A DNA stretch of 64,000 nt, from contig JADIIX010000009.1 in assembly GCA_027604505.1 (NCBI GenBank), positions 186,001 through 250,000 of the forward strand. Direction: 5' to 3'. The notes under the pieces are model-generated. The model saw nothing but the letters and a program-made list of their open reading frames with translations, made no database searches and was not told the origin of the DNA. Every line of letters begins with the position of its first letter. Position 1 is the stretch's first letter. A program made the position numbers and the translations under genes. Positions 12,134 to 25,755 of this stretch are shown in pieces. Origin of the DNA: Gonapodya sp. JEL0774 (Eukaryota).

Positions 12134-14762
12134 CTACCGGCTCCCAAATCTTGGGCCACCATGTGCCGAGCCCAATGGTGGTTGAATTCGCTGTTGTCCA
12201 GGCGCCGCTGACTCTCTTGACGCTCCTGGTGTCGGTAGGCTGGGGAATGCTAAACCGCCGAGGGCGGGGCCTTTCAGTGTTGAACCGAGGCCTATCGGCG
12301 GTCCTCCAATAAGCCCCGGTGCGATGCCCTGGCCGGGTTGCGGCGGTGCACCAGGCATCCCCGCTCCTGTGGGCGCCATGTTTAGTGGAGTGGGACCTGC
12401 CGCAGAAAGTCCAATCGCTGGCATGTCTTGGGATCCCATACCATCCATAAGCTGTCCAAGGATTTGACGCTCTGTGATACGCCCCTGAGCGGCATTAGAG
12501 ACGCATGCACATAGCCATATGCGAGTTTTATAAATTTTGAATAGTTCGCGAACGAGTTCACGGAAGTCGATGCGACGGTCAGCCACTAATGCACAAAGTT
12601 TACAATCAAACGAAGGAGAGAACATGTCACCAACATCTGACGATATAGTTTCAATGGACAAATTTGACTCACCAAAATAGTACGTAAGTTTTCGTCGATC
12701 CCTGTGAATGGAACCCCACGAGACGTCACTGCAATCCACGAATGTTCACAACTTGCATATTAAACATACCACTGATACTCCGCATCAACCACTTCCATGG
12801 GCATCCGCTTTGCCTTCACTCTTTGTTGACACGTCGCCAACGCCAGCTCCTCATCGTGAATCTTTGCTGGTAACATTGCAAGTTCCGTTTGTAAAGCCAG
12901 CCTCAAGATCCTTTTCGGTTGCACTTCTCCACCCCTTCCGTACATCTGGTCTACCATACTCTCAGCGTACATCTGCTGATAATACTGCATTTGCGAAGCA
13001 TTGGCTATACCATCGTGGATGACTTTACCGAGGTCTTTACCTCGGTCAGCCTCCACAATCACAAAATCACCTCGATGAATTGTCATTGACGCGTCCGGAC
13101 AGTGGAAAAAATCTTTCCGACCGGCCTTGAATTCAACCACATACGCCGGCCATCTTGGTGCGGTGTGGTACTGCAAGTTCCTCGTTCCCTCTAACCATGC
13201 CCGTTGTCTTGGGACCGGGTTCTCAAAGTAGTCATCGATTTCTTCCTGAAATATCGGCCCGGTGGACATTTGCTGGGATCCAGTGTTTGCTCGAGGCCCG
13301 TCGCCGAACTGGCCCATAACGTGGTCGGAAGAGTCATGGAGGCGAAGGCTATTGAGGGTGCTCGACAGCTGGTCTCCCATGCCAATATGAAACGGTGTGG
13401 CAATGGAATGTCGGCGTCGGAGCTCGGCGAGAGTCGTGGGAGGAAGTTGGTCATCACCGCCCGGTCTAAATGGTAGTACACGGTTCAACAAAACCACAGA
13501 CATACCTCCCTTTGATATTTACTTACGGATTTGGCATTGCGCTGTGATCAAAATACATCTGAGGAGAGTGCGAAAACCTCCTCTGCGGTCTCACTCTCTC
13601 CTTTTCGGAATCATCTCCACCAGACAGTGCCATGGTAGTAACGCCTGGTGGCAGATATGAAAAATCCCCCGACGCCATCGCAATTGCAGCAGCTGCTGCC
13701 GCATCACCCATACTCCAAGCTTGGGGTTGGCTCAGAGATCGCCGCCGGCCTGTTGGCGTACCGTCTTGGGTGGACCAGATGCCATTTCCGTGACTCTGGA
13801 GAAGGTACGACGTGGTATCCCCACGGCCGCCATCACCCATGCTAGGAAAGACGGTGGAAGTGGTCATGGTCCGGGAACGATCCCGGTCTCGGAAACCTCC
13901 CTCATCATGTCCGGTACTGGGTACAAAACTGTCTCTGATTTCAGACTCAGTGACACTCTTGAGCCGTTCAACACTTGACACGTGCTCGAGAAAGGCACTT
14001 TCGCCCGGCATCGTACCCAGGGAAAACGACGAGGATCGATATTGTCGGGGTCTTTGAGCCACGACTATGGGGTCCTTCTCCTCAGATTCATGGCCGCTAC
14101 TGCTTTCTCGACTCCCCACAGAACCTTTACTAGTTAGACGACGGGTAGATATTGGCAAAAGAGGGGAGTCGGTCGGGGCCAGTCGGTCGGTCCACGGGGA
14201 TGAAGGAGATTTGGTCCATTCGGATTTAAGTGGTACCCAGGGAGAGTGCGAGGCACCAGTGTCACCACCGACACCACTTGCGGCGCTCATGATGCCCCCT
14301 CCACCGGTGCCATTGGCAAAAGGAACCAGCGGAGGCCCAGACTGAAAGGGTGACGGTAAGTGACCTGTGTACTCCTGAGTTGCAAACGGCATGGGCACAC
14401 TAGAGGAACGATTCCTGTTTGTCCGTCTATTTGTAACGTCCTCTTCTCCGAATGAAAAAGGTGAACCTTGGGCGCCTTGCTCCTTTTCAAATGATCGTCG
14501 AAGCTCTGGTGTTCCTGGTTGTGAGAGGGAGGCAATAGAGGGACGTCGAGGAGACCCTACCGCACGCCACGCATCATCCATAAGAGAAGATGGAACGGCT
14601 GAGACAGGCTGTTGGTCTGTCACACGTCCAGAGGGAAGCAAAGTGTGCATTGGATCCGCTCGGTCAATCGAAGCTCACGCTAGAAGGGATGCAGAGACAA
14701 ATCTGACGCTCACTTTTTCCCCAGAGGTCTTTCAAGTTTCGTTGCGGAGAGTCGAACGACAT
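12134..14762 (-). CDS. PSP1: PSP1 C-terminal domain protein
   Basis: YVVEFKAGRKDFF, GDFVIVEADRGKDLGKV, PKRILRLA, MEVVDAEYQW-DRRKLTYYF, RRIDFRELVRELFKIYKTRIW; long Ser-rich N-terminus; probable first exon MSFDSPQRNLKDLWGK. Confidence 0.88.
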
Positions 14763-15709
14763 GTCTGGGGAGTGGTTATGGGGTTTCATGTGACAAGAAA
14801 GTGAACGTTCAGTCAGGAACCAAAACCATTACCGGCATCACTCACCAGAAGGCTACGTGAAGTTTGGTCAGATGCGTTCTCCGCCCTATGATCCAGTCGT
14901 TGTATCAGATGAGTCGGTGGTGGCCCCGATATGGTCCTTCTGGGGGACACAGGTAGAGTGTAACGCTTCGCGCCAGGGCCCTTATCAATCCTATGAATCC
15001 AAGTTCGAAATGATGCACAGCTGTCTGAAATTCCAAGTCGTATTGCTGCCAGTATTTGTCTGGACAAATGCAGGCAGCCTCTTGTGGTTGGTAAACTATG
15101 GTGATGCTGGCCCAGTCACCTCCCTGCAATTCAATGACTGATCTTTTATTGAACGTCCACGAATCAGTGACAATAAAAAAAAACGAAAGCCTCTAAGAAC
15201 AGCTGTAGTAACACCCTGTACAACTTTCCCAGTCGCAGTGGAATTGCGTTTGTCTCACGAACGGTAAGGTAACGACGTCAACACCATAGAGCCCCTTGCG
15301 AGGGCTGGAGGCATCTGCCGCCACCAGCTTTCGTGCATTTCACTGTTGGCGATCAGGTAGACCAGCTTCAGGTTGAGAACCGAAACGAAGCTGGTACAAG
15401 AATAACACGCCGTTGTAAAACATGTTTAGGGCAAAAACGAATGAGCGGGAGACCACGGGAAAATGGCGGCATTCAAAGTCGACGGGATTGACGAGGAATC
15501 GTGCTCTAATCAAGATTATCCTGCGATGTAATTACATTCGCCTGAAAGTCTCGATTGAGAGTGGGATTCACTGACTCCACGCTTCATTTCCTCCTCTTGC
15601 AGATTTTCAACAGTTGCACACAAACGCAGAAAATGGATTTTTCCAAATTAAAACGGGTCGACTCACACAAGCACCATACCACAAAAATGCTCGAAAGTTC
15701 GCATAGTGT

Positions 15710-18338
15710 TCAGGGTTTGTAATACCTGGCCATTGCGCGATTTAGTTTTAGTGCTCCGTGTTCAACCAACTACCACGAGAACTCACTTCGTAGGCACAAA
15801 CGGCATCTTCACTACCACACCGCCATAACGCTTCCCTCGCACTTCCACCTTGAGCTCCGTCCCCAGCTTTGCGAGCTCAGCTGGCACATATCCCATGGCA
15901 ATGTTCTTTCGCAACGAAGGGCTTGGACCACCACTCGTGACCTTACCTACACCCTCGCCGGACAAGTTAAGGATGGGAGCACCCTCTGCGTGAAGTAGAT
16001 ATTGACAAGACACTCAATGATATTGAATGGACGAAATCGGGAGTCTGTACACATACCCCTCGCAGGCGCACCATCCACAAAAAGACCGACACGCTTCCGT
16101 GCGGGGCCCGACTTGATTTGCGATAAGACCACGTCGGAGCCGAGGAACCCGCCCTTCGAGCGCCGAGACTTCGCTGCAAGGACGATTTAGATCCCGATGA
16201 CTAAAACACCTGAAAGGCTTGGAACTCAGTCACTCACGAATGGTCCATGTAAGCCCGGCCTCCACTGGTGAAATGTTGTCGTCGACATCATGGCCGTACA
16301 GGCAAAGGCCGGCCTCGAGTCGTAAGCTATCCCGAGGTCCGAGACCAGCAAGCTTGACAACAGATCCACCAAGCGACGATAGAAGAGATTCGGCAATAGT
16401 GGCTGCAGATTCGTGGGGAAGAGATATCTAACCGTATGCACAGGGATGGTGCTCTGGTCAGATCACTGTGGAAGTCAGAACACGGAGGTACTCACTTCAA
16501 AACCATCCTCGCCAGTGTAACCGCACCGAGTAACACGAGCCGGCACCCCACCGATGTCAAGGTCGGCGCCCGACATGAAAGGCATCGAAGCAATAAACGA
16601 AGCTGCTGTTTGGGAAGAAAGGGAGGTGACGAGGGAGGCTAGAGCAGAAGCCGCCTGGGGACCTTGGCGTTGTGAAGTCCGGGTAAAGGGGAAACGGCGA
16701 CGCGAGCATAGAACAGATAGTAAGTGGTAAAGAAAAAGAGTGAGGGTATTGCACTAGGTGATAATCAAATGCACAAGTTCCTGGACCAAACACCCCTCCC
16801 CTCACCCCAAAAGACAAAATCAAAAATGTGCGAGAACTGCGAATCTCCCCGTCCACCATACACCCTCCAACTGAATGGGGGCGAACCGTCCGGGAAGAAT
16901 TAGAATTCTCGTTTTATCTGCTTTTGTTCCGATCCATGTCCGAGCCGCAATAGCCAGATCGCCCTGGCGGGGTGAATGGCTGCGGGATCGTGGTATATCG
17001 GAACGGCTTGAGTGCCGGTCCACTCCTCCTTCCACATGCACATACTCGGATGTCGTTGACCATCACCACGAAAACACAAAACTTTGCACGAACCTTGCAG
17101 AGCCAATAAACTCGCACCATCCATCACCTCCATTTGCACGTCGCCACCCTCCCTTTGATAAGAGGCGAGGTGAGCGCGGATGTGGGCGAGGTCTTTCGCA
17201 CGCGTTCCTGGCAGGGGAATGTAATTCACGGATGTGTGGTTCTCCGGCTCACAACGAAAAGTCAATATGTCGTCATCAGACCACCTACCCACCGGCATTG
17301 CTGACCAGGTACACCTTGTCGCCCCACTTCTGTACAACACAGTCGTCAATGATACCACCGCGCTCATTTGTGAGCAGGGACAGCTGCGCACGGTCAGCCT
17401 CAAGTGCTTCAAGGTCGGCAACCAGAAGTCGAGACAGAAAAGTGTTTCGGTCAGGCCCTGTGAATCTGAGAGAAGTTGGTTTAGGAACATGTTCAGTCAA
17501 AAATAACAGCCACAGAATGATTTTTGTTCTTGCATGAACAGACAAAACTTTGAGCAACATCTTCAGTGCCACACAAATAACAATCCTGACCAGCATTCCA
17601 CCTTTTCTAAGTAAGCGAATTGATCTGACTTTTTGACACACCTGCAAAGCAACCCCTCAGAAACCGATGGTTGAACCAGAAGAATCCAAGCACAGTCCTT
17701 GTCAGCGCCCATCCGATTCGATAGACTAGAAAGCCTGCATATTTTCTAGATTTTCAACTTACATTGTTTGCAACATGTGCGACACATCAAAGAGCCCTGC
17801 TTTCTCGCGGACGTGAAGGTGAGATTGCAGAACACCCATGTCCGAGTACTGCACGGGCATCTCCCAGCCTGCGAATGGTACCATTCTGCCGCCGTGTGCT
17901 ACATGGAAGTGAAAGAGAGAAGTGCGAAGAAGTGGCTGATTTCGGTTGGGGAGCATAGGAACTTTGTCAGGACTTGGAATCACGGACCAACAACCATAGC
18001 CCGGAAAACATCAGAGAGAGCCCTCAAGAGAATATGACAGCACGTGCGATCTGCAATGCTAAAAAATGGGACGCGGGACATGTTTGTTCCTTTGGGAATC
18101 GAAATTGACACGACAGCCGCCGAGAACACAGCCGACGCTCTCTACGAAATGCAGGTGCAGATGGTATGGTGTTTTTCCTTGTTCCACCGCTCACCTGTGA
18201 ACCTGCGGCTGCCGCGAAAGCCCTCTTGGCAATCGTCCCCTTGGTGACCGCCGCAGAGCCCGTGCCAAACGAAGATGTCACCAATGTTGCCAACCAGAAA
18301 GGTCCCGTTGAACTGCCTGAGCGCAGAATGCCAGCCAT
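15710..18338 (-). CDS. GCV1: Glycine cleavage system T protein (aminomethyltransferase), mitochondrial
   Basis: [92 protein letters not shown]; presequence-like N-terminus. Confidence 0.96.
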
Positions 18339-18450
18339 TCCTGCGGTAGTTTTTGTTATCAACTGATAATAATTCTGTTGTGGCACCTGCACTTTCACTA
18401 ACTGGCAGCTGCAAACTTCATTATCACCAACACAAAATCGTCGCCTGAAA

Positions 18451-21400
18451 ATGGCACTTACTGGCGTTGACGACGACGTATTCCTTTTGCTCAATAGAGA
18501 CGCCACGCTCCCGACGCACAATGGTTCGTCACATGTGGACGGAGGGGATTCTGGAAATACACGAAGTCCAGGAATGGTAGACGCAAATACCAATGGCGAT
18601 ATGGGCAGGGATACTTCTTCAAACTCGCCATTGGATGGTCTCTTGTTCGCGAAGTCGTTGGGCTTGTTCAATCCCCCAGGGGACTCTCAACTAGAGCATA
18701 CCCATCTGCAAGCTCCTACGGTGTCCGCAACTCAAACTGCGGCTTCTCTCCACCAGACGCAAATGCCTATGCTCGGCTCAGCTCCATTACCGCCGCTCTC
18801 CTCGTCGGCACTTATCCCCCCTCCTCCGGCAAACCAGTCCTTCGGCGGAAGTGACTCGCACTTTGGTAACCCCCAATCCTCGTTCCCCTCCCTTACAAGC
18901 ACATTCAATTTAAAGGATTTGATCGACCTCGAAGTTCAGAGACAAAAAATTGAGGTGTGCCTGTGTTTGGTCAGAGACAACGTTCATCATCAAACCACTT
19001 CCCTTTTCTTTTTGACGATGATTATATATCGGTTATTTAGCTGAGAAAAGCTCAAGCGGATGTTGAAGCTGTCGAACTGGATGTCCAGAGGAAGCGCATT
19101 GATGGTGAGTTGCTATGGAGGCTTCTTCTCCTTTATTCTCTGAGCATTCGGATACGGAGTGAACATTGGAATTCTGTTCTGGAATTTACTCTGCTGCGTG
19201 AAAAGAGGCCAACAAATGATGAAAATTTGATTTATTTTGTCGCCAGTCGCTGGGCCTCTATGATGTTTTACCCATAAGGGGATGGCGGTTGGTAGATTGT
19301 GGTTGTGCAACCCCACACAATGTGTCTGGTGGCTCATCTCACTGGCTCTTTAAATTTGTCTACGGCTCCTGATCCGGTCAGTCGAACGAGACCGGCTAAC
19401 CCTCGAAAGAGATCGCCTGACCCTCGCGGAAGCTCGCCTCAAGCTACAAAAGGAGTACTCCGTCACTCTCGACGACGTAGTACACGTACCCTCATCGACA
19501 TCAGACTTCCCATCCACTTCGAAGCGCGCCGCAGTGTCGGCTCCGAGATATGGAAATGGCAGCAACGCAAGGACAGGTGTGGCAGAGTCAAGGCGACGTT
19601 CCAGGAGCCAATCCCCTCCCGCAGCTTCCAGTGCAGGCGCCCCTGGATCACGTGCTGTGGTGTCTCATTCAGCTGCACGGCATGCGTCCCCAACACTCAG
19701 CGGCAATGGAGGTACTCGGAACAGAATTCTGTCAGAACTCGAAAGCTCCGCTGGCTTTGAAATGGCACCCAAAGGAGGAAGAGGAGAGTCCGCCTCGCGT
19801 AAGGCTACGATGGCCGCCACGACGGCACTATCTGCGTTGTCAGCGAAGGGAGAAGCCAGGACGAAGACAGAGAGAGAAAAGGAACGAAAGGAGGAGAAGG
19901 GGCGATGGAAGGAGAAAGACAAAGAAAGAACGGGGGAGGAACATTCGTGGGAGGGTGGAAGGGCAACAAGGAGTTCAGGGAGAAAGGATGTGAGTTTCTT
20001 GAAGTTGGATGTGCCCCGTTTATGGAGCATCGTAATCTCGATATCAGCAACTGGCATCTGGAGATGCTGTTGGAGCTTCTGGCACACGTGGACAGAACAT
20101 CTTTCTTTGATCGCTGCTCCAAGGAGAACTGTAGAAGAACATTTTTGAGAGAGTTCCTCTGTTGTGAACTTCTCGTCCTCATTCGCTTTTCAACTACCCA
20201 GCTATCGACTGAACTTCCACCAGCTCCCAAAATATCTGAGTGTCCTGTCCACATCTCTGAACGCGACCTCTGGACCAAGGTGATGATCGAACGACAGTAC
20301 GTAGCGGCATTGATCCTCTCGAATTACTTTCCTTCTCATTACCCCCGGCATTCTTAACATATAAAGTGGCAGCGTGCTACGCGACTTACTCACTTCCGGT
20401 GGTGGTGTGAAGACAACACTCCACAGCGCCGCTATGCAAGGCATGCAGAACTTCTTAAAGACACATTATCAAGACGCTTGGCATACTTTTAAAGAGCCTG
20501 GAAGGGGCTGGCTGGTACCGACGGCTAAAGCAGAGGAACTGGATAAGTATTTGGTTGACACAGTTGCGGGTTGGCCAACCGATGGTGCCGACAGAAAGTG
20601 GGAGAGGGAGAAGGAGAAGGAAAAGGAGATGAAATTGAAGGAAAAAGACAAGCTGAAGGAAAGCGACAAGGAGAAGGAGAAGGATGGTACAGGTGCGACA
20701 AAGCGGACACGTGGTTCGGTCGAGGCAGAGGAGGTGGTAGGACATGAGGAAAGTGGAACAGAGAGAGCTGGAAAGAAGAGAAAAACGGTGAGTTTCAATT
20801 AGTGGTCAATCTTTCCGGCGGTGTCGAGTCTAATGCGGTCGGTTATTCCTGTGGGGAAGAGTGCCGAAGAATCTGGAACTGACGAAGTAGAAAGTGAGCG
20901 GCGGGAATCTGGACGGCGAAAGGTACCTCCACCTGCGCTGATTCGCAAGACGGTCAGAAATACTGGGAACTGATATGGGTGCCTGTGCTAGTCCTCCACC
21001 ACGGTGCTTGCAGCTAGTCCACCTACGCCCCCTCTCACTTCAACACCATCCACACGCCCTGCTCCACGCAAATCGCAGGCCCGCCCCTCCGCGAACCGGA
21101 TCCCCTGGATTGAGCTGTTTCGTAATCGATACGGAGAGCGCCGATGGGACAACTTTTACCGTACATGTAATCGTTCTGAGCAAGACAGTATGCGGGACCT
21201 TATCAAGATGTACCTCAATGAGCGGTACGGGAATACTGTGGCGACGGGGATCGTGATGAGTAATAAGAGATTTCTGGTGGTTCCGATGGAAGAGGCGGAG
21301 GCGTTGGATACTTATATGAAGGAGAAGGCGAAGAAATGGCTGAGGGATGGCGAGGTCAATGGCGGGGAGACCGAAGGTATAGCAAATCAAGGAAAGGACA

Positions 21401-21780
21401 GAACCGAAGCTATAACGGATGGGGATGGTGATGAAGCCATGGGGGAGGCGGGGGGGCGGGTGGAAGATGGTCAGGACTCTATGGGTGAGTTTGGCAAGGA
21501 GATTGAAGATAATGATGACCAGGCGACGGTATCAAAGGCATCCGATGGGGGAACGGGTGGGAAGGAAAATGATGAACAAAATCCTCGTGTTTCAGCGGAG
21601 GTTGACGGAGATGGAGAAAGGGAAGGGGACGACGAAGGACCCGGTGGTGTTAAGAGTGGCGAGGACGATGCGGACGAACTGGAAGGGAAGGTTGGGAGCG
21701 GGGATGGCGATGACGACACCAAGAACACTGTGGAGGAGAGTAGCAGTGACATGAGCAGTCACGATGACGAGGACTTATAG
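18451..21780 (+). CDS. Multi-exon hypothetical protein: low-complexity regions, coiled coil and two copies of an unrecognised domain
   Basis: Chain of long + strand ORFs (18451, 19534, 20374, 21004) linked by GT-AG introns; K/E-rich and acidic segments; duplicated globular-looking module. Confidence 0.65.
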
Positions 21781-22009
21781 TGATCATGATCATTCAGTGG
21801 GTTATGGTTTGTCGGTCGGAGACTGTCCCAGGGTATTGGTGTTATATTACAAGGTTTCACTGTATGCCAAGATTTTCTACTAGGCGAGCGAACGATTTTG
21901 TTTTTTCTCTCTCGACTAACTTCATGAATTGTATCCTGGGGCCGAATACTTTTTCGGGTTCAGTTGACGAGATGCGCTCGCTGGCTGGGAACCACACCAC
22001 GTATCCCAC

Positions 22010-22781
22010 TCATGAGTCATCGCTCATCGCATGTAATTCCACATACATGCGAACTAAAGAGTTGTATGCCACTAGATCCCCACTTCTGAGGATATTTGCG
22101 ACATCTATGTTAAGCGGGGAGTTTGGTTCAGGTTGACCGAGGAACATTGCAACCGCGGAGCAGGCGGATGAGAGCGTCCAAGCGGGAGTCCAGGCGGTTT
22201 TGAGGAGGTCTGGTGCCGAGGTGTGAATGGGCTGTGGAGGCAGTGAATAGATAACTGGTGGGAACCTACCGAGGCAAATTTCCCCAGTCTGCAGCAATTG
22301 AATCAGCCCAAAAAAAATAGTTTAAGAGGCGGTAGAAGAAACGTTGGAACTCACCTTGAACTGAACATTTGGGTGACATACGGTGGTTATGAAGTTCATC
22401 GAGGGAGGAGCAAGAGGGTAGCTGACGGGGATCTTGATCGATATCTTAAAGCGACCGTCTGTGCAGTTGGGCGGATCGGTGGTAAGTGTACAGGTTCCTT
22501 GTTCTCGAAACTGGTCAGGTTGGGTGAATACAGTCATTGAGACTGCAACGCCGTTCCGGGGGTTCTTCTCCAGGTTCAGAAAGCTTCCCCACCGGAAAAG
22601 ACTCCTCTGGGTTGATATCTCAAATACCTTGGTAAGGTGTGTCTACGGGACCTTTTATAACTGCAACCCAATCGAACAAGTTGTCCTCATCCACCGGATG
22701 CAGTTCCTCCACGTAATCAGCATCAAGTCTCCTGGATTCACGTAGTTCCTTCATTAAACGTTTCATGGTGGCCTCTGACAT
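22010..22781 (-). CDS. PEX4: Ubiquitin-conjugating enzyme E2, peroxin-4-like
   Basis: MKRLMKEL...DNLFDWVAVIKGPVDTPYQ-DGRF...YPLAPP...HPNVQFK-TGEICL-DLLKTAWTPAWTL...PEPNSPLNIDVANILRSGD; active-site Cys present. E2 is secure, PEX4 assignment from recall. Confidence 0.85.
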
Positions 22782-22897
22782 GATTGAACCTGCAGCAGAG
22801 CTTTCTTTAGTGACTTTCCGATCACGGGATCTGCACTGTATTTGCTGCGGACGAGCAATGCGCTCCTGGGGGGCTGTGAGTCAATCGTTCGCCAGAA

Positions 22898-23995
22898 ATG
22901 TCTCCTGTTTTCTCACGCGCTCTCTTGAGAGCATCCGCCGTAAGTAAATGTACGATGTTACTCAATCATGCCGTGTTTTTGCTCGCTTTGTCCCCTTGTG
23001 TTGTTCCGCTGACCTCCAGATTCCTTTCATGTGCTGCTGACTTCGATCTCCACCCCAAACTAACTTTGTCCAGTACCGTTTACCACCGGAAGCTTTCTCG
23101 CTGGCTGCTCTGAGCCACTCGACACCCTCTCTTTCCCGCTTATCCCGATCCAACCTTCTAGCGGTATCACTTCGTTCGAGCTATATTCACTCCTCCTCCC
23201 CGACTATCTTCCGTTCATGCTCTTCCACCACCCAACTACTCGCCTTCCCATCTCTCCGAGCATTTACCCTCTCGGCCCGCCTATACAGCACCCCCACGCC
23301 TGGTACCTTCCAAGCAGCATACTCGCGCAGTGATGCCCAAGCCTCCCTCGCTCGTCAAATGGAAGCCCATCGCGCTCGTCAACGTGAAAATATTATTTCC
23401 TGGGCGCTCTACGTTGCATCCATAGTCATCTTTATGTCGGGCCTCTCCTACGCCGCGGTTCCCCTTTATAAACTTGTCTGCTCCGTCACCTCCATCGACG
23501 GCACACCGAAAATCGCTGACTTGGCCCGTGATGGTGGATACGAGCATGTTCGACCTGTGGAAGGCGCCCGAAAACTGCGCATCCACTTCAATGCGGATGT
23601 CTCACAAACCCTGGGATGGAAGTTCCGTCCACAAACACGCGAAATCCGGGTCTTGCCTGGCGAAACAGCCCTCGCATTCTTCACCGCTTCAAATGACTCA
23701 GACGAAGATGTTATTGGAATATCTACCTACAGCGTGGTACCGGCCAAAGCCGCCCAGTACTTCAACAAGATTCAGTGTTTCTGCTTCGAAGAACAAAAGC
23801 TTTTGGCAAAGGAGAGCGTGGACATGCCCGTGTTCTTCTTTATCGATCCGGCGTTTGCAGACGATCCGTGGATGCAGGATGTGGACGATATTACATTGTC
23901 ATACTGCTTCTTCAAGTGAGCTTGACTCTGGTTCCTAACCGTTCCTCCTCTAGTATCTCATTCTCACTATCGTGTTTAGATCCAAGGGAACATAA
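22898..23995 (+). CDS. COX11: Cytochrome c oxidase copper chaperone Cox11
   Basis: SYAAVPLYKLVC, FNADVS, PGETALAFF, YFNKIQCFCFEEQ (CFC copper motif), VDMPVFFFIDP, ITLSY. Confidence 0.96.
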
Positions 23996-24414
23996 AATGT
24001 GAAATAAAATGGGTCTGATCCAGGCTTACAAGCGTTACTTTCGTTGGACAACAAGATTTCGCATAGAAACATTAGAATCTATGTTCTGTTGAGCCACCTG
24101 CAAGCTCACCGCAAAAAAAGACGTCTAAATACATACTTGGCGGTTTGTGCGGACTGAATCTGTGCTTGTTTGATTGTTTGAGTGTCTCTTCATCTTTTTT
24201 CATGACCGGATCGCGCAGAAGACTATCTGCGATCCGTTGAGTGGAAATAAAAGTGTAGCTCCTTGATAACCCGAACAATTGAAAACGAATAAAACTGAAT
24301 AAATTGCCCAATGAGGTATTGAGTCCCGCGATTGGCCGATCCCCTTGCCTTGTCTGCCTTGTATGGGTTGTCCGAACAACAACCCACATCTCCGACTAAG
24401 TCATTACTGCATCC

Positions 24415-25755
24415 ATGAACGAACTCCCCGACGAGATTTTTGAATGCGTGTTCGCTCACATTGCACCTCGCACACTCTATACCGTGGTTCCTCTGACCTC
24501 TCGTCGTTGGAATCGCGTGTATCAACTGTTTCGTCAGCTCTCTGTCGCGGTATTTTGCACCATAACAACCGACAACGACCAGTCACAACCCGATGTTGAA
24601 GTAATCCTATCACGACTTCTACCGAAGCCGAGGTCAATGGGAGCTGGTGGTACGGGTGGAACGGCATTTACAGCAGTGGCATATGCAGAGGTTGTGGTTC
24701 AGGCCATGATTTTCGAAAGGGACGGTTTACAATCTGCCGAGGTAGATGATCTTATTCGGAACGCTGTATCGCACACCTTTGGGACGCCATTCGACGTCCG
24801 GATCCGAGTGGTTGGATTCTCCCTCGTTGGGAAATACAAAGGTCACCCCAATTTCTATGCTTACATGCACCGTTCTCGACCTCTCCGATTCGAATGTGCT
24901 GATGGTGATTTTGTGAGCAAACTCGGTGGACGGGTGCTTGAAACTGTAGGCATTGTGGGTGGCCCCAGCCTTCAACATTCTCTCGTAGTGGACCTAGTGG
25001 ATCATTGTTCGCGCTTGCATTCGTTGGACTTGCCAGTCTCCTGGGGGGATGACAATTTCCGCAGGGTGCTAAAAGGCGTACCGACCCATCTGGCGAGACA
25101 GATACAGCGGATCACCTTCTACCCGACACTTTGGAGTGTGTCAGGTACGTCTCCGACAATTTTTCCAGCGAAGTTCTCAGCTGTCTCGGATCTCGGTATC
25201 ATTCCAATGTCCGCGCCAACAAATACCCTGAGAACTCACGCTCTCACCATTTCGACGCGCGCTTACCCTTCCATACACGTGGTGCGCATTGCTGTCGATG
25301 CGTCTAGACATCTTCCCTGCAGTGGGGCCCTCGATTTAATGTCTAACATTACCCGGGCGTTCCCCAACGTCAAGAAAATCGTTCTCGGGATAACCAGCAA
25401 AGGGCCCGGTCAGCCGCTGCCGCTCTTTCCGCTCTTTCACACAGTTCCTGGATCAAAATCAGGATTCTATCCTCTTATGGAGTCGTCTTCACCCGAGGTT
25501 ACTTATTCGAGTAGTGGGGAAGTGTGGGGGAGAGCACTCAGCACCCTTTCCTATCTCTACTTTCGTATTGAGGAAGACAACAAATGGGATGAGGAAACGT
25601 CAGCATTTGCGGAACAATGCGCGTCTTCACTGAGTGCGCGCGGTAAGCGAGTGGATATTAGGATGATAGGTGAGAGAGATAGGGACTTGGAGCCATGGGA
25701 GTTTCAAGGGACCAGAAGGCTGACTGCACCAAATAGTGGGTGGTTACACACCTAG
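24415..25755 (+). CDS. Intronless F-box protein
   Basis: 446 aa single ORF beginning LPDEIFECVFAHI...VPLTSRRWNRV (F-box pattern); divergent LRR-like C-terminal part. Confidence 0.8.
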   Translation: MNELPDEIFECVFAHIAPRTLYTVVPLTSRRWNRVYQLFRQLSVAVFCTITTDNDQSQPDVEVILSRLLPKPRSMGAGGTGGTAFTAVAYAEVVVQAMIFERDGLQSAEVDDLIRNAVSHTFGTPFDVRIRVVGFSLVGKYKGHPNFYAYMHRSRPLRFECADGDFVSKLGGRVLETVGIVGGPSLQHSLVVDLVDHCSRLHSLDLPVSWGDDNFRRVLKGVPTHLARQIQRITFYPTLWSVSGTSPTIFPAKFSAVSDLGIIPMSAPTNTLRTHALTISTRAYPSIHVVRIAVDASRHLPCSGALDLMSNITRAFPNVKKIVLGITSKGPGQPLPLFPLFHTVPGSKSGFYPLMESSSPEVTYSSSGEVWGRALSTLSYLYFRIEEDNKWDEETSAFAEQCASSLSARGKRVDIRMIGERDRDLEPWEFQGTRRLTAPNSGWLHT

